From Candidatus Bathyarchaeia archaeon (lineage in GTDB: Archaea; Thermoproteota; Bathyarchaeia; Bathyarchaeales; Bathycorpusculaceae), in the NCBI GenBank assembly GCA_038882955.1, contig JAVZNC010000001.1, positions 288,001-352,000 of the forward strand: DNA of 64,000 nt, read 5' to 3'. A model generated the notes under the pieces. The model made no database searches. It saw only the letters and a list, made by a program, of their open reading frames with translations, and had not been told where the DNA came from. Position numbers and translations under genes: made by a program. Of the stretch, positions 30,044-39,468 are shown piece by piece; the stretch's first letter is position 1; each line of letters begins with the position of its first letter.

Positions 30044-30753
30044 TTACATCCGGTGTCCATAGCGTCCAGTGAGTGGAACGAAGGCTACTCCGCCGAGGTT
30101 TTCCTCCTTCAGTTTTCCATCTGCAATTTTTGTGACTTTTATTAGGTTTTGGAATAGGTGGATGCTTCCAACGGGGATTAGCATTATTCCGTTTGGCTTT
30201 AGCTGCTCAATTAGTGGTTGTGGAATTGAAGGAGCAGCCGCGGTTACTAGGATTCTGTCATAGGGTGCCTTTTCTGGGTACCCTAACGAGCCATCTGCAC
30301 AGATTATTGTTACGCGGTCGCCGTATCCAGCGTTCATGATGTTTTTTCTTGCAAATTCAGCTAGTCCTTGAATGATTTCAACGGTGTAGACGTGGCCCCA
30401 CTCGCTTCGTGGCGCGTTGCTTGGCGCAACTGTTTCGGCTATTGTTGCTGCGTGCCACCCGCTTCCAGCGCCTATTTCAAGCACTTTTTGTCCTACTTCC
30501 AATTGTAGGGCTTCATTCATTATTGAAACCATGTTTCGCCTAGCTCAGCCTTTGCGCTGAGGCTATGTGGCGCGGATATTGTCTGCCCAAAACCAATTGG
30601 AAGAGGCGTGTCCACGGCGCTGTAGGACTGCATGTTTTCTGGGAGAAACTTTGCCCTTGGAAGCATTTGCATTGCCCTTATCACGTTTGGCGAGCGGAGG
30701 ATTCCCTCCCTTTTTAGACTTTCGATAAGCCTTTTCCAGTCTTCATCAACCAA
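30044..30753 (-). CDS. pcm: Protein-L-isoaspartate O-methyltransferase, split into two exons (30753-30567 and 30534-30044; 225 aa after joining)
   Basis: The 5' ORF contains PLPIGFGQTISAPH and the 3' ORF starts MVSIM...VLEIGAGSGW...APYDRILVTAA. The two halves are separated by a 32-nt frame-breaking insert. Confidence 0.9.
30535..30566 (-). other. Candidate 32-nt bulge-helix-bulge (BHB) mRNA intron in pcm
   Basis: Sense strand G-CGCC-AC^A-UAGC-C-UCAGC-GCAAAG-GCUGA-GCUA-GGCG-AA^A-C: a 4-bp central helix with two 3-nt bulges. Canonical cuts give GCG CCA CAC AUG (A-P-H-M) in frame. Confidence 0.8.
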
Positions 30754-30826
30754 ATTTTGGCACCAAATCTAATAGGCGCAGAGCACGCTTTTAACATATT
30801 TGCCTAAAGTAAATTCGAAGTGAAAC

Positions 30827-32656
30827 TTACTTGACCGTGACGGACTTCGCAAGATTCCGCGGAGTGTCTGGATTATGCCCACGTTCAATAGCCATGTAGT
30901 AGGCTAATAGCTGAAGCGGGATTACAAAGGGTATCGGTGAAAGCACGTCTGGAATACCCCTTGGAACTTCAACCCAATCATCAGCCAAACCCTTTATCTC
31001 CTCGTCGCCCTCCTCAATAACCGCTATTATTGATGCGCCTCTAGCTTTCATCTCCATAATGTTTCCAATGAGCGTCTTACGCGTATCGTCCTTTGGGCAT
31101 ATGAAAACAACTGGGAAGTCTGGCTCTACGAGGCTTATTGGTCCATGTTTGCTTTCTCCAGCTGGAAAGGCTATTGAAGGCACATAGGCGATTTCCATGA
31201 GCTTAAGTCTGCCTTCGTAGGCTGTTGCGGTGCTTATTCCCCGTCCAAGGAAGAAGAAGATTTTGGCGTCCTTGTATTTTTTGGCAATTTGCTTTACCTT
31301 TTCCTCTTGTGTGCGGATTATGGTTTCGACGATTTCTGGCAGTTTTTCCAGCCGTTCAGCAATAAAGTCCATCTCATCCTGTGATATTTTGCCCCTCTTT
31401 TTGGCTAGTCTTAGGGCGAGTTGGGCTAGCACGGAAAGTTGCGCCGTGAAAGTTTTTGTTGCCGCCACGCCTATTTCTGGACCAGACTGTTGACCAATAT
31501 AGACTCGTGAAACACGCGTGAGCGTTGAACCGATAACGTTTGTCAGTCCGAGGATTGTTGCTGCCCGCTGTCTTGCGCAGTTTACAGCCGCCAACGTGTC
31601 CGCGGTCTCGCCAGATTGGCTCACAGCCAAGATTGTGCTGTCAATGTTCACTGACTTTCCATGCTGTTCAACAAATTCTGAGGCGATAACGGGATATGTT
31701 CCCAAAAAGGCAAGTTTGGAAAACATATAAGAAGCCGCTAAACATGCGTGGTAGCTTGTTCCACAAGCTACGAGGAATACTTCGCGTGCTCGGTCAAGGA
31801 ATGTTGCCATGAGGTCTAGGTAGTGTTCTTGAAGCCGCAATGTGTTTCTTAAAACTGCTGGTTGCTCGTGAATCTCCTTAAGCATGAAATGTGGATATCC
31901 TTGTTTTACAGCCATTTCAGGCGTCCAATCGACAACTTTTGGTTCACGCAAGACTGGGCTTGAGTCGACAATCTTCCTAATTTCATAGCCTTCTGTCGAC
32001 AGCGTGACAATTTCGCCATCTTCAATTACAACTACCCTATTTGTCAATGGTAGAAAAGCTGGAATGTCAGAGGCGCAGTAAATTGCGTTTTCGCCGACGC
32101 CTAGCACTAGTGGGCTTTCATGCCTCGCGCAAACTATTTTATCTGGTTCCTTTGTGGAGATCACGGCTATTGCATATGAACCGTCGAGCCGCTTAACGCT
32201 TTCAAGAACAGCCTCGGCTAGGCTCATATGCGGGTTAGCCTTCAAATTCTCCTCGATTAGATGGGCTATAACTTCGGTGTCCGTCTTCGACTTGAAAACA
32301 TGCCCACGGTTTTCCAGCTCCGCTTTCAGTTCTGTAAAGTTTTCTATTATGCCATTGTGGACAACAGCAATTTGCCCACTGCAATCAACATGTGGGTGCG
32401 CGTTTATTTGTAGTGGTGCGCCGTGAGTTGCCCATCGTGTATGCCCAATGCCGACGTTGCCAGGCAAATCGTCCAGATTGTGGATTTTGTGAACTTCTTC
32501 GATCTTTCCGCTGTCCTTTTTCACGTATAAAACGCTGTTGTGAATTGTTGCTTCGCCCACTGAATCGTAGCCGCGGTACTCCAGCCGTTCAAGCGCAGCG
32601 TGTATTGTCGGCGCGGCGTTTCCGTCCTTTAATATACATCCGAATATTCCGCACAT
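30827..32656 (-). CDS. glmS: Glutamine--fructose-6-phosphate aminotransferase
   Basis: MCGIFG, LEYRGYDS, GHTRWATHG, SQSGETADT, PRNLAKSVTV. Confidence 0.97.
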   Translation of the reverse strand: MCGIFGCILKDGNAAPTIHAALERLEYRGYDSVGEATIHNSVLYVKKDSGKIEEVHKIHNLDDLPGNVGIGHTRWATHGAPLQINAHPHVDCSGQIAVVHNGIIENFTELKAELENRGHVFKSKTDTEVIAHLIEENLKANPHMSLAEAVLESVKRLDGSYAIAVISTKEPDKIVCARHESPLVLGVGENAIYCASDIPAFLPLTNRVVVIEDGEIVTLSTEGYEIRKIVDSSPVLREPKVVDWTPEMAVKQGYPHFMLKEIHEQPAVLRNTLRLQEHYLDLMATFLDRAREVFLVACGTSYHACLAASYMFSKLAFLGTYPVIASEFVEQHGKSVNIDSTILAVSQSGETADTLAAVNCARQRAATILGLTNVIGSTLTRVSRVYIGQQSGPEIGVAATKTFTAQLSVLAQLALRLAKKRGKISQDEMDFIAERLEKLPEIVETIIRTQEEKVKQIAKKYKDAKIFFFLGRGISTATAYEGRLKLMEIAYVPSIAFPAGESKHGPISLVEPDFPVVFICPKDDTRKTLIGNIMEMKARGASIIAVIEEGDEEIKGLADDWVEVPRGIPDVLSPIPFVIPLQLLAYYMAIERGHNPDTPRNLAKSVTVK

Positions 32657-32868
32657 GCCTAAGCCTCATCGCCTTTATTGGTTTTGTAAGCTTTACTCGA
32701 AGGCTTTTCTGCAAATAAGGTTTTTTAAGAGAAAAATTCAAGCTCTAAAAACTTTTTAAGAATATGAAGCCGTCTTGTTCATCGTTTAGTGTATGCTTTT
32801 GTTTCAACTATTCGTTTACCATAATAAAAATTTTTATAATGGATTAACATCTATAGACGCGAAGAAAA

Positions 32869-33834
32869 ATGCACAAAAAACTGTTGGTCCACGAGGAAGA
32901 CAAAGTTCAGAAAGCAAAAGAAATCATGGTGGTTGAAGACCCGCAGAAGCTCAAGATGATGGTGGGAAGGCTAAGCTGGAAAATTCTGGTTATGCTTTCT
33001 GAAAGGGAGATGTATCCTCTGGAAATTGCGAAGACGCTTGGGGTTCATGAACAGAAGGTTTACTATCACATCAGGAAACTTGCGAAAGCTGGAGCCATAG
33101 CAGTTGCAAAGGAAGAGGAAAAGAAAGGCGCGATAGCAAAATACTACAGGGTTGTGGCGCCCGCGTTTGGCATAGAACTCCCACAAAAATATAGGACAAT
33201 AAAGAAGGTTCCACTCGAAAAGATAGACGAGCAAATCCAAAAGTTTTTCAAAGAATTCATAAGAGACGACGGAACATTCGAAGGAAAAATTGTTGTCGGC
33301 AGTCCAACACCACATGGACCATTCAAAACAAGCGCCAGAGACGGACACTACGCGTCGCATCTAACATTCTTTCTGGGTCAATTTTCAAGAATGCCAGACG
33401 AGTTCGCCGTGAAACTCGACGTTGACGTAAAAGCAGAAAAAGAAGAACGGAACAACCTAATCCTCGTGGGTGGTCCAGGAACAAACTCGCTGACGCAAGA
33501 AGTTAACGATTACTTGCCTATTAGGTTTAATATGCAGCCTTCGGAACAAGGCTTTCTGTTTGGCGGTTTGGTTTCGAGAAGAACAACCAATGTTTACATG
33601 GCGGACGCCGTTGGTTTAATAGCAAAGATAGCGAACCCATGGGACAATGCTAAACGGATAATTGTCTTGGCTGGAAACAAAGCGGTTGGCACAAAGGCAT
33701 GTGTTTTGGCTCTAACAAACTTTTGGAAGAAAACTTTGAAGAAGTATGGTGGGGAAGAATCTTTCGCAACGGTTATTCAAGGCTTTGATTTGGATGGAGA
33801 CGGCAAAGTGGACAGCATAGAAGTTCTGGAATAA
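32869..33834 (+). CDS. ArsR-like wHTH fused to an uncharacterised alpha/beta domain
   Basis: YPLEIAKTLGVHEQKVYYHIRKLAKAGAI; later NLILVGGPGTN; ends DLDGDGKVD. Confidence 0.8.
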   Translation: MHKKLLVHEEDKVQKAKEIMVVEDPQKLKMMVGRLSWKILVMLSEREMYPLEIAKTLGVHEQKVYYHIRKLAKAGAIAVAKEEEKKGAIAKYYRVVAPAFGIELPQKYRTIKKVPLEKIDEQIQKFFKEFIRDDGTFEGKIVVGSPTPHGPFKTSARDGHYASHLTFFLGQFSRMPDEFAVKLDVDVKAEKEERNNLILVGGPGTNSLTQEVNDYLPIRFNMQPSEQGFLFGGLVSRRTTNVYMADAVGLIAKIANPWDNAKRIIVLAGNKAVGTKACVLALTNFWKKTLKKYGGEESFATVIQGFDLDGDGKVDSIEVLE

Positions 33835-33876
33835 TAATGAAACTCGCCATCTTAATATTTGCGGGTGAAAACCTCC

Positions 33877-34302
33877 ATGGAAGTAAAAGAGGTTATTATT
33901 GCTCGTGGGCACGAGAATATTCGAGCTACGCATAGGTCAACACTTGAAATTACGAGGGAAGCCGAACTTACAAGAAGAGGCGATTGTATAATTGCTGTTT
34001 CAGCGGACAAAGCCTTGGCGGATTTAAGCGTGGAATTTAAAAAATGTCTCTTAAATGAAAAAGCAGAAATAACCATGTTAATCGAAGCGGATGAAGTTGC
34101 TGAGACTGTTAAAGCCTTTGGCAGTCCAAAGCTGATTTTGACCCATCCAACAGACGTTGTTGTTAGAAAAAGCGACTATGTATGCGCGAGAACATTGGCA
34201 ATAAAAGCCGACAAAGTGGCATGCGACCTTTCAAGAAGACTTGTTGAAAAACTGAAGGACCCACGGCAAAAAGTGAAAATTACGTTAACCGTAAGCGTTT
34301 AA
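33877..34302 (+). CDS. DUF371-family protein
   Basis: ARGHENIRATHRSTLEIT, RGDCIIAV, VVRKSDY. Confidence 0.88.
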   Translation: MEVKEVIIARGHENIRATHRSTLEITREAELTRRGDCIIAVSADKALADLSVEFKKCLLNEKAEITMLIEADEVAETVKAFGSPKLILTHPTDVVVRKSDYVCARTLAIKADKVACDLSRRLVEKLKDPRQKVKITLTVSV

Positions 34303-35369
34303 CGAATTGCCGCATCTATTACTGCTTGCCACTCATACGGGGCTGTTTCGCGAACAAGCCTTGAAAAAAGGATTTTATCCAGCCTACGCCCAGCCTTTTC
34401 AACAGTTTGCGCAAAACGAATTTTAATGTCTCCCAAAGATTCTGAAGATTTGACGAAGCTGTAAAAGTGGATTACGCCGCCATTCGCTTTAAGCGCCTTG
34501 CACGCGGAACTGACAAAATCTATGGCTTTTTCCGGCAAGTTCATAATTACACGGTCAGCGGCTCCAATAAGCATCTTTTCAATGATTTCTTCTGCGTCTC
34601 CAAGTAGGGGATAAACCTTACCATCAACTCTGTTCAACCGTATATTACGCTTCAACAGTTCAACCGCCTCTGGGTTAATGTCTATAGCGTAAGCCTTCAC
34701 ATGCTCATGCGTCTTTGCAATCAAAACTGAGAATGGACCAACACCAGCGAACATGTCAATTATTGTCTCGCCTTCCTTCACTTGCGATGCCACTCTATGA
34801 TGTTCGTAGGATAAGCGTGGAGAAAAATACGCCTTCGCAAGGTCAACATGGTATTGGCAACCATGCTCTCTATGAACTGTCACGGTTTTTGGTTCTCCAG
34901 CAATTACCGTGAACTCTCTTAGGCGGTAGGTTCCGCTTACGGCTCCAGCCTTGGCAAGAACCGTTCTAACATTTTTGTGGGTTTCAATTATGGCTTCGCC
35001 AATTAAGCCTTTGTGCCTTTCCAGTTCTGGCGGAACTTCAATTATGGCTATGTCGCCAACAACATCCATTGCTTTTGGGAGACTTGCTAACAAGTGTGGT
35101 GGAAGCTTACCCTCAAGATGTTCAATCAAAGTTTTTGATTTCTTCGTTTTTTCTTGGAAAACATAGGTTGTAATTTCGTGTCCTAGAATTTGGCTCTGCA
35201 AAAGTTTTAACTCACCTTCTGATGGTTGGCGGACAAGTGGAACATAAATGAATTTTTGGTCTCTCTGAATTTCCAGTTCTTTGTCGATTATTCCAAGTCT
35301 GTTGGCTAGGACTATGGCTTTTTCACCTTCACCTTTTTGGATTTTTAGGCACACTGTTTCTTTTGGCAT
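34299..35369 (-). CDS. trm5: tRNA (guanine37-N1)-methyltransferase Trm5/Taw22 family
   Basis: DVVGDIAI, YFSPRL, DMFAGVGPF, DINP, RVIMNLP. Confidence 0.88.
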   Translation of the reverse strand: MPKETVCLKIQKGEGEKAIVLANRLGIIDKELEIQRDQKFIYVPLVRQPSEGELKLLQSQILGHEITTYVFQEKTKKSKTLIEHLEGKLPPHLLASLPKAMDVVGDIAIIEVPPELERHKGLIGEAIIETHKNVRTVLAKAGAVSGTYRLREFTVIAGEPKTVTVHREHGCQYHVDLAKAYFSPRLSYEHHRVASQVKEGETIIDMFAGVGPFSVLIAKTHEHVKAYAIDINPEAVELLKRNIRLNRVDGKVYPLLGDAEEIIEKMLIGAADRVIMNLPEKAIDFVSSACKALKANGGVIHFYSFVKSSESLGDIKIRFAQTVEKAGRRLDKILFSRLVRETAPYEWQAVIDAAIR

Positions 35370-36763
35370 TAAGACCCGTAAACCCTCTTTATTTCTTCAA
35401 CTTTCTCCAAAATTTTCTGGAAAAAAGCCTTGCTTATAAGCCCACGCTCTAAAGCTTTTTCGAGTTTTTCCATGTCCAAAACCTTGGTTGTGCCGTCTGG
35501 CAATATGCAAACGTCAACTTCTAAATCCACGTAGCGAAGTGTTTGTGGGTAAACTTCCACTGGTGTGTTTAGGTTTATGTATTTGCCCTTAAATGTTCCA
35601 TCAGCTGAAAAATAGCTTGTCGTTATGTAGAATTCGCCAGTTTCTGTTTCGCTTACGGCTTTGTCTCCAGCCTCCTTTTTAACGCCTAATCCGTCGTAAA
35701 AGCCGTTGCTTCGCATGGTTCGGCTATACCTTAACCCTTTATCGCTGATGCTCTCGATTTCTGCTTGTCCAAGATGGAAAACTGCGCCGCTCAGCTTAAC
35801 GTGTTCAACATCAACAATCGAGCCTTCTTCTGGAAACTCATATAGGATTTGCTGTTTAAAAGCTTCTTTAACCGCACTTTCGCTTTGACCGTTTTCCAAA
35901 AGCTTTTCAGCCATTTCCAAGGCGGATGAAACCCGTCCGCCACAACTCTTGTAGAAATGATGCCCATCCAACGTTGGAGCAACGCTCGCCCTAAGTTTGT
36001 CCATCTCCTTCTTTGAAAGGAACGGAAACTCAACATCCATGAAGCTTAAACCTTCAACCAGAAGCGATGGAGCTTCTGCCTTTGTTGCCATTTCGTCTAG
36101 GGTTTTCGCCTTCTCCACAAGCGCCCTTACCTCATCTTCTAAGGCATTTGTCGTCGCTTTTGCCGACGCTTCACGCCAAATAATTCCCCAACCCTCTGGT
36201 GCAAGCTTCTTTCCCAAAGCGTAAAGTTCGGCTCTCTTGTTTATGTCGCGGATTTTTAGGCTGACACCAACACGGCTGTTTTGCACAAGAAGGGCGTATT
36301 CTCCAACAATCTTCAAGTTTGTGGTTAAAATTGGATGTTTTGCCCCAATTCGCCTTCTTTCAACCTGAACAAGCAGAGTTTCGCCTTCCGACGCTTGTAG
36401 GTCTGGCTTCTGGAGTTGCCCGACCACGCCTTCGCCTATGTCGACATAAACTATGTCTTCACAGATTTCGGCAACTTTGCCCTTGTATATTCTGTCCACG
36501 TCGGCAGTCCATTTCCTAGTTATAACGTCTGGTAAAGCCTTCTGCAAAACCGCCTTGAACTTTTCAACAGCTTCTGGCTTGCCGAGCACTCTCACTCCTT
36601 GCATGTCATAGCGGTCTTTCACCTTCACGTCTGGCTGCAGAAAATTGTCCGAGAGTCTAAAACGATTTTTGATGGCGGAGGATGGCTCAATTATTTCGAA
36701 ACCATTGTCCAAAAGAAGCTTTGTCAAGGCTGTTGTGTATATTCCTCTGACCTTCGCCTTCAT
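35369..36763 (-). CDS. fau-1: RNA-binding protein AU-1 / FAU-1 ribonuclease (DUF402)
   Basis: VRGIYTTALT, S1-like region, GHHFYK, YINLNTPVE, YVDLEVDV. Confidence 0.88.
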   Translation of the reverse strand: MKAKVRGIYTTALTKLLLDNGFEIIEPSSAIKNRFRLSDNFLQPDVKVKDRYDMQGVRVLGKPEAVEKFKAVLQKALPDVITRKWTADVDRIYKGKVAEICEDIVYVDIGEGVVGQLQKPDLQASEGETLLVQVERRRIGAKHPILTTNLKIVGEYALLVQNSRVGVSLKIRDINKRAELYALGKKLAPEGWGIIWREASAKATTNALEDEVRALVEKAKTLDEMATKAEAPSLLVEGLSFMDVEFPFLSKKEMDKLRASVAPTLDGHHFYKSCGGRVSSALEMAEKLLENGQSESAVKEAFKQQILYEFPEEGSIVDVEHVKLSGAVFHLGQAEIESISDKGLRYSRTMRSNGFYDGLGVKKEAGDKAVSETETGEFYITTSYFSADGTFKGKYINLNTPVEVYPQTLRYVDLEVDVCILPDGTTKVLDMEKLEKALERGLISKAFFQKILEKVEEIKRVYGS

Positions 36764-36788
36764 GGAGACGCCATCTCGCTATACCGTT

Positions 36789-37868
36789 TTAGTTTGTTCG
36801 CTCAATTTTGTAAAGTTCACCAACCCTTTCAACGTTGAATTTGACGCCTAATATTTCTTGGGCAAGCCAAATGTTCGTTTCCAAATGGTCTGAAACTCGC
36901 CGCGTCAAATAACATGATTTGCCCTGCGCCAAGGCTACGTAGGGAATTAACATGTCAGCTAAATGAACATCAACGGTAGGCTTGCATGAAATTTCAGCAT
37001 AAAGTTTCTCAGCTGCTTCTCTTCCAACGGTTTCGCTTGTTTTTCTAATTTCTCCTATGGAATCAGCGCCAAGAATCACGCCAGCGTCAGTTTCAGCCCA
37101 CAGAACCAAGGAGCTGCCCTTCTGAAGAGGATTCGACCTATCATTCACGATTTGGATTTCCGCCGTGTAACCCATTTCTCGCAAGTAGCTGTTTGCCGCT
37201 TCTGCTTGACGTTCAGCAACCCGCCTATCAGCTAGGAAAGTGCATACAGAAATGCCCTTCAACTCTTTTACCTTGCCGAAACTTTCTAGGCGAATAGGCT
37301 TCAAATTCTTGTTCGGCTCAACTGTGACGGTTACTTCGCCCATGCCTTTTGGGTAATAACCATACTTTTGAACATGCAAGGAGGCGTTTATTCCCATTCG
37401 CTTAAGTGTCGGTAAAAGGACAAAACGCAAATAGTTAATTGTAGGCGCGTTTTGAACGTCTGTTCCACCCTTCGAAACATGAAGTTGCACGGGATTTTCC
37501 GCGAAGGCGCATATTGGCAAAACAGTCATAAGCAACATTGGAATGCTTCCAGCAGTCCCAATTTCAGCCTCAACCGCTCCGCCGCGCACCTTTTTTGGAA
37601 AGAACCAAAGCTCACGCGAATTCAACTCCGCGCCCTTCAAATCTGCATCGCAAAGCCTAGCAGCCGTTAAAACGGCTTCCAAATGTTGCGGTCTCAAGCC
37701 CGGCTGCTGTCTATTCTGCCGAATATTGTAAATGTGCAGTGGTTGACTTGTTATGGCAGCTAAAGCAACCGAAAGTCTAAGAATCGTGCCGCTTCCACTT
37801 TTTTGGCTACCGTCAACCTCAATCAAATGCTGCTTAACCTCTTCTACGTTTTCCACTTGACTTGTCAA
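36789..37868 (-). CDS. rtcA: RNA 3'-terminal phosphate cyclase
   Basis: PGLRPQHL, TAGSIPM, GGTDV, YGYYPKGMG, VDVHLADML. Confidence 0.93.
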   Translation of the reverse strand: MTSQVENVEEVKQHLIEVDGSQKSGSGTILRLSVALAAITSQPLHIYNIRQNRQQPGLRPQHLEAVLTAARLCDADLKGAELNSRELWFFPKKVRGGAVEAEIGTAGSIPMLLMTVLPICAFAENPVQLHVSKGGTDVQNAPTINYLRFVLLPTLKRMGINASLHVQKYGYYPKGMGEVTVTVEPNKNLKPIRLESFGKVKELKGISVCTFLADRRVAERQAEAANSYLREMGYTAEIQIVNDRSNPLQKGSSLVLWAETDAGVILGADSIGEIRKTSETVGREAAEKLYAEISCKPTVDVHLADMLIPYVALAQGKSCYLTRRVSDHLETNIWLAQEILGVKFNVERVGELYKIERTN

Positions 37869-37920
37869 AACAATTAATAAATGGGTTAAGTATTAAGGAT
37901 TTGGAGAAGGAGAAAGCATT

Positions 37921-38364
37921 ATGAGCAGAGAAGGAAAAATTCCTGAAAAGCTTATTGAAAGAATAGACGAGACGCTCGTAATTCTAAATCGCGTAGCAGA
38001 AGATTTGAGGGAAATATCAATAACGCTGAAGTCAATAGCAGTCCAGCAAATCACGCAGCCAACTGCACCGCCAACCGCTCCAACTCCAGCACCCGCGCCT
38101 GCACCCACGCCAACACCTACACCAGTGCCAAAAACCATAGAGAAAACGCAGTCAATAGAAGACATCAAGATGATGTTCCCAGAAGACTTGGAGAGCCTCC
38201 TAAGCTTCGAAGAAAAGGACGAGTACATAATCATAAAACCCAGACAATTTTTGGGTTCAGAAAACTTTGCAAAAATAGCCTCGGTAGTACGCGGAATAGG
38301 CGGAGACTACGTAAGCGCAGGAAAAGCATCACACTTCAGAGTCCCAAGAAAGAAAACACAGTAA
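37921..38364 (+). CDS. Hypothetical protein: coiled coil, Pro/Thr/Ala linker, small C-terminal domain
   Basis: Clean ORF preceded by a GGAG-like RBS; linker PTAPPTAPTPAPAPAPTPTPTPVP. Confidence 0.75.
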   Translation: MSREGKIPEKLIERIDETLVILNRVAEDLREISITLKSIAVQQITQPTAPPTAPTPAPAPAPTPTPTPVPKTIEKTQSIEDIKMMFPEDLESLLSFEEKDEYIIIKPRQFLGSENFAKIASVVRGIGGDYVSAGKASHFRVPRKKTQ

Positions 38365-38395
38365 ACACACGCCAAAAATTTGCACATTAAGGTTT

Positions 38396-38674
38396 CTACC
38401 AGTATTTTATTTCAAAGTCTTTAAATTCTCCAGTGGGGCGTTCCCAGAAAACTTCCACGTTTGTGACCCGCGCTCCTGGCGGTCCGCGTTTGCAGAATTC
38501 TATGAGCTCTTTTACGTTTTTTTCTTCACCTTCGAACACTGCTTCGACTCTTCCGTCTGGTAGATTGCGAACCCAACCTTTAACACCACGTTTTTTGGCT
38601 TCATATGCTGTTTCAGACCTGAAGAAGACGCCTTGAACCCTACCCGAAACAAAAACGTGGGCTCTAACCGTCAT
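38396..38674 (-). CDS. acyP: Acylphosphatase
   Basis: [28 protein letters not shown]. Confidence 0.95.
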   Translation of the reverse strand: MTVRAHVFVSGRVQGVFFRSETAYEAKKRGVKGWVRNLPDGRVEAVFEGEEKNVKELIEFCKRGPPGARVTNVEVFWERPTGEFKDFEIKYW

Positions 38675-38816
38675 GGGCTGCCCGACTCCATGTAATTTCA
38701 ATTTGATTAATTTTCACTTTAACTTAACTCTCTCTGCTGTGCGGTTTTGTCGTTTGGGCGCTTGTTTTAAAAGGATTTTTGGCTGAGCGTTTGCTTGGTT
38801 GGTTGGTGATGCATGT

Positions 38817-39152
38817 ATGATTGAGGATGCTGGTGGCAAGTTGTTGGTTTACGCTTCATCTTTCGCTTTTAATGGGGGAAGGCTTAGGTCGGTTAGCGCA
38901 ACCGTTGCGAGGGTTGCTAGGCTTTTGAATCTGGATTTTGAGGTTGTCGCCTTCAAGGGCAATTTCAAACCAATATACGTGTACTACAAAAATGGCGAAG
39001 AAGAGCCAATTCCGCTTTACTGCGATAGGGATGGAAGGGTTAAACAAAGCAGCGTTCTCTCAGCCTTAAAGAGCATGATGTTTGTTTTGTCCTTTCACCC
39101 GCGTTATTCGGCTTTGAAACGCATGCGAAAAGAGATTATGAAACTTTCTTGA
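38817..39152 (+). CDS. Hypothetical protein
   Basis: Fills the gap between acyP and arcadin-1; PIYVYY..GEEEPIPLYCD; start uncertain. Confidence 0.6.
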   Translation: MIEDAGGKLLVYASSFAFNGGRLRSVSATVARVARLLNLDFEVVAFKGNFKPIYVYYKNGEEEPIPLYCDRDGRVKQSSVLSALKSMMFVLSFHPRYSALKRMRKEIMKLS

Positions 39153-39462
39153 ACTTTATTGTTTGATTTTCAAGAACAACATCATACGTCTGATTTACGT
39201 CAAAGTTTATGCCTAAACTCTCATATTCCTGCTCGGTCAAGAACAGTATTATTTTTGGGAATGCAAATTCAGCCCTAGCTGGAAACATTGGCAACTGCTG
39301 CTGCAACGCTTGCAAAACATCTTGCACCACTTTTGCTTCTTCTGTTTGGGGTCTGAGAACTAAATGTGGAAGCTTACGCTCTTCGACTAGTTCTACGCGC
39401 TTTCCAAGGTTGCCGTCCAAATCACGAATGGACTCGATTTTCTGAACCCTAACGCGAAACAT
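39136..39462 (-). CDS. Arcadin-1 homolog
   Basis: Resembles Pyrobaculum arcadin-1 from memory (VELVEE.KLP...PKIILFLTEQEYESLG..FDV). Confidence 0.7.
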   Translation of the reverse strand: MFRVRVQKIESIRDLDGNLGKRVELVEERKLPHLVLRPQTEEAKVVQDVLQALQQQLPMFPARAEFAFPKIILFLTEQEYESLGINFDVNQTYDVVLENQTIKFKKVS

Positions 39463-39468
39463 GGGATT

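Noticed and set aside
30044-30753. pcm as an ordinary frameshifted pseudogene or as two separate genes
   Set aside because: The break is a discrete, structured 32-nt insert whose BHB cut sites restore the conserved motif exactly, and neither half shows other decay. Not formally excluded without RNA data.
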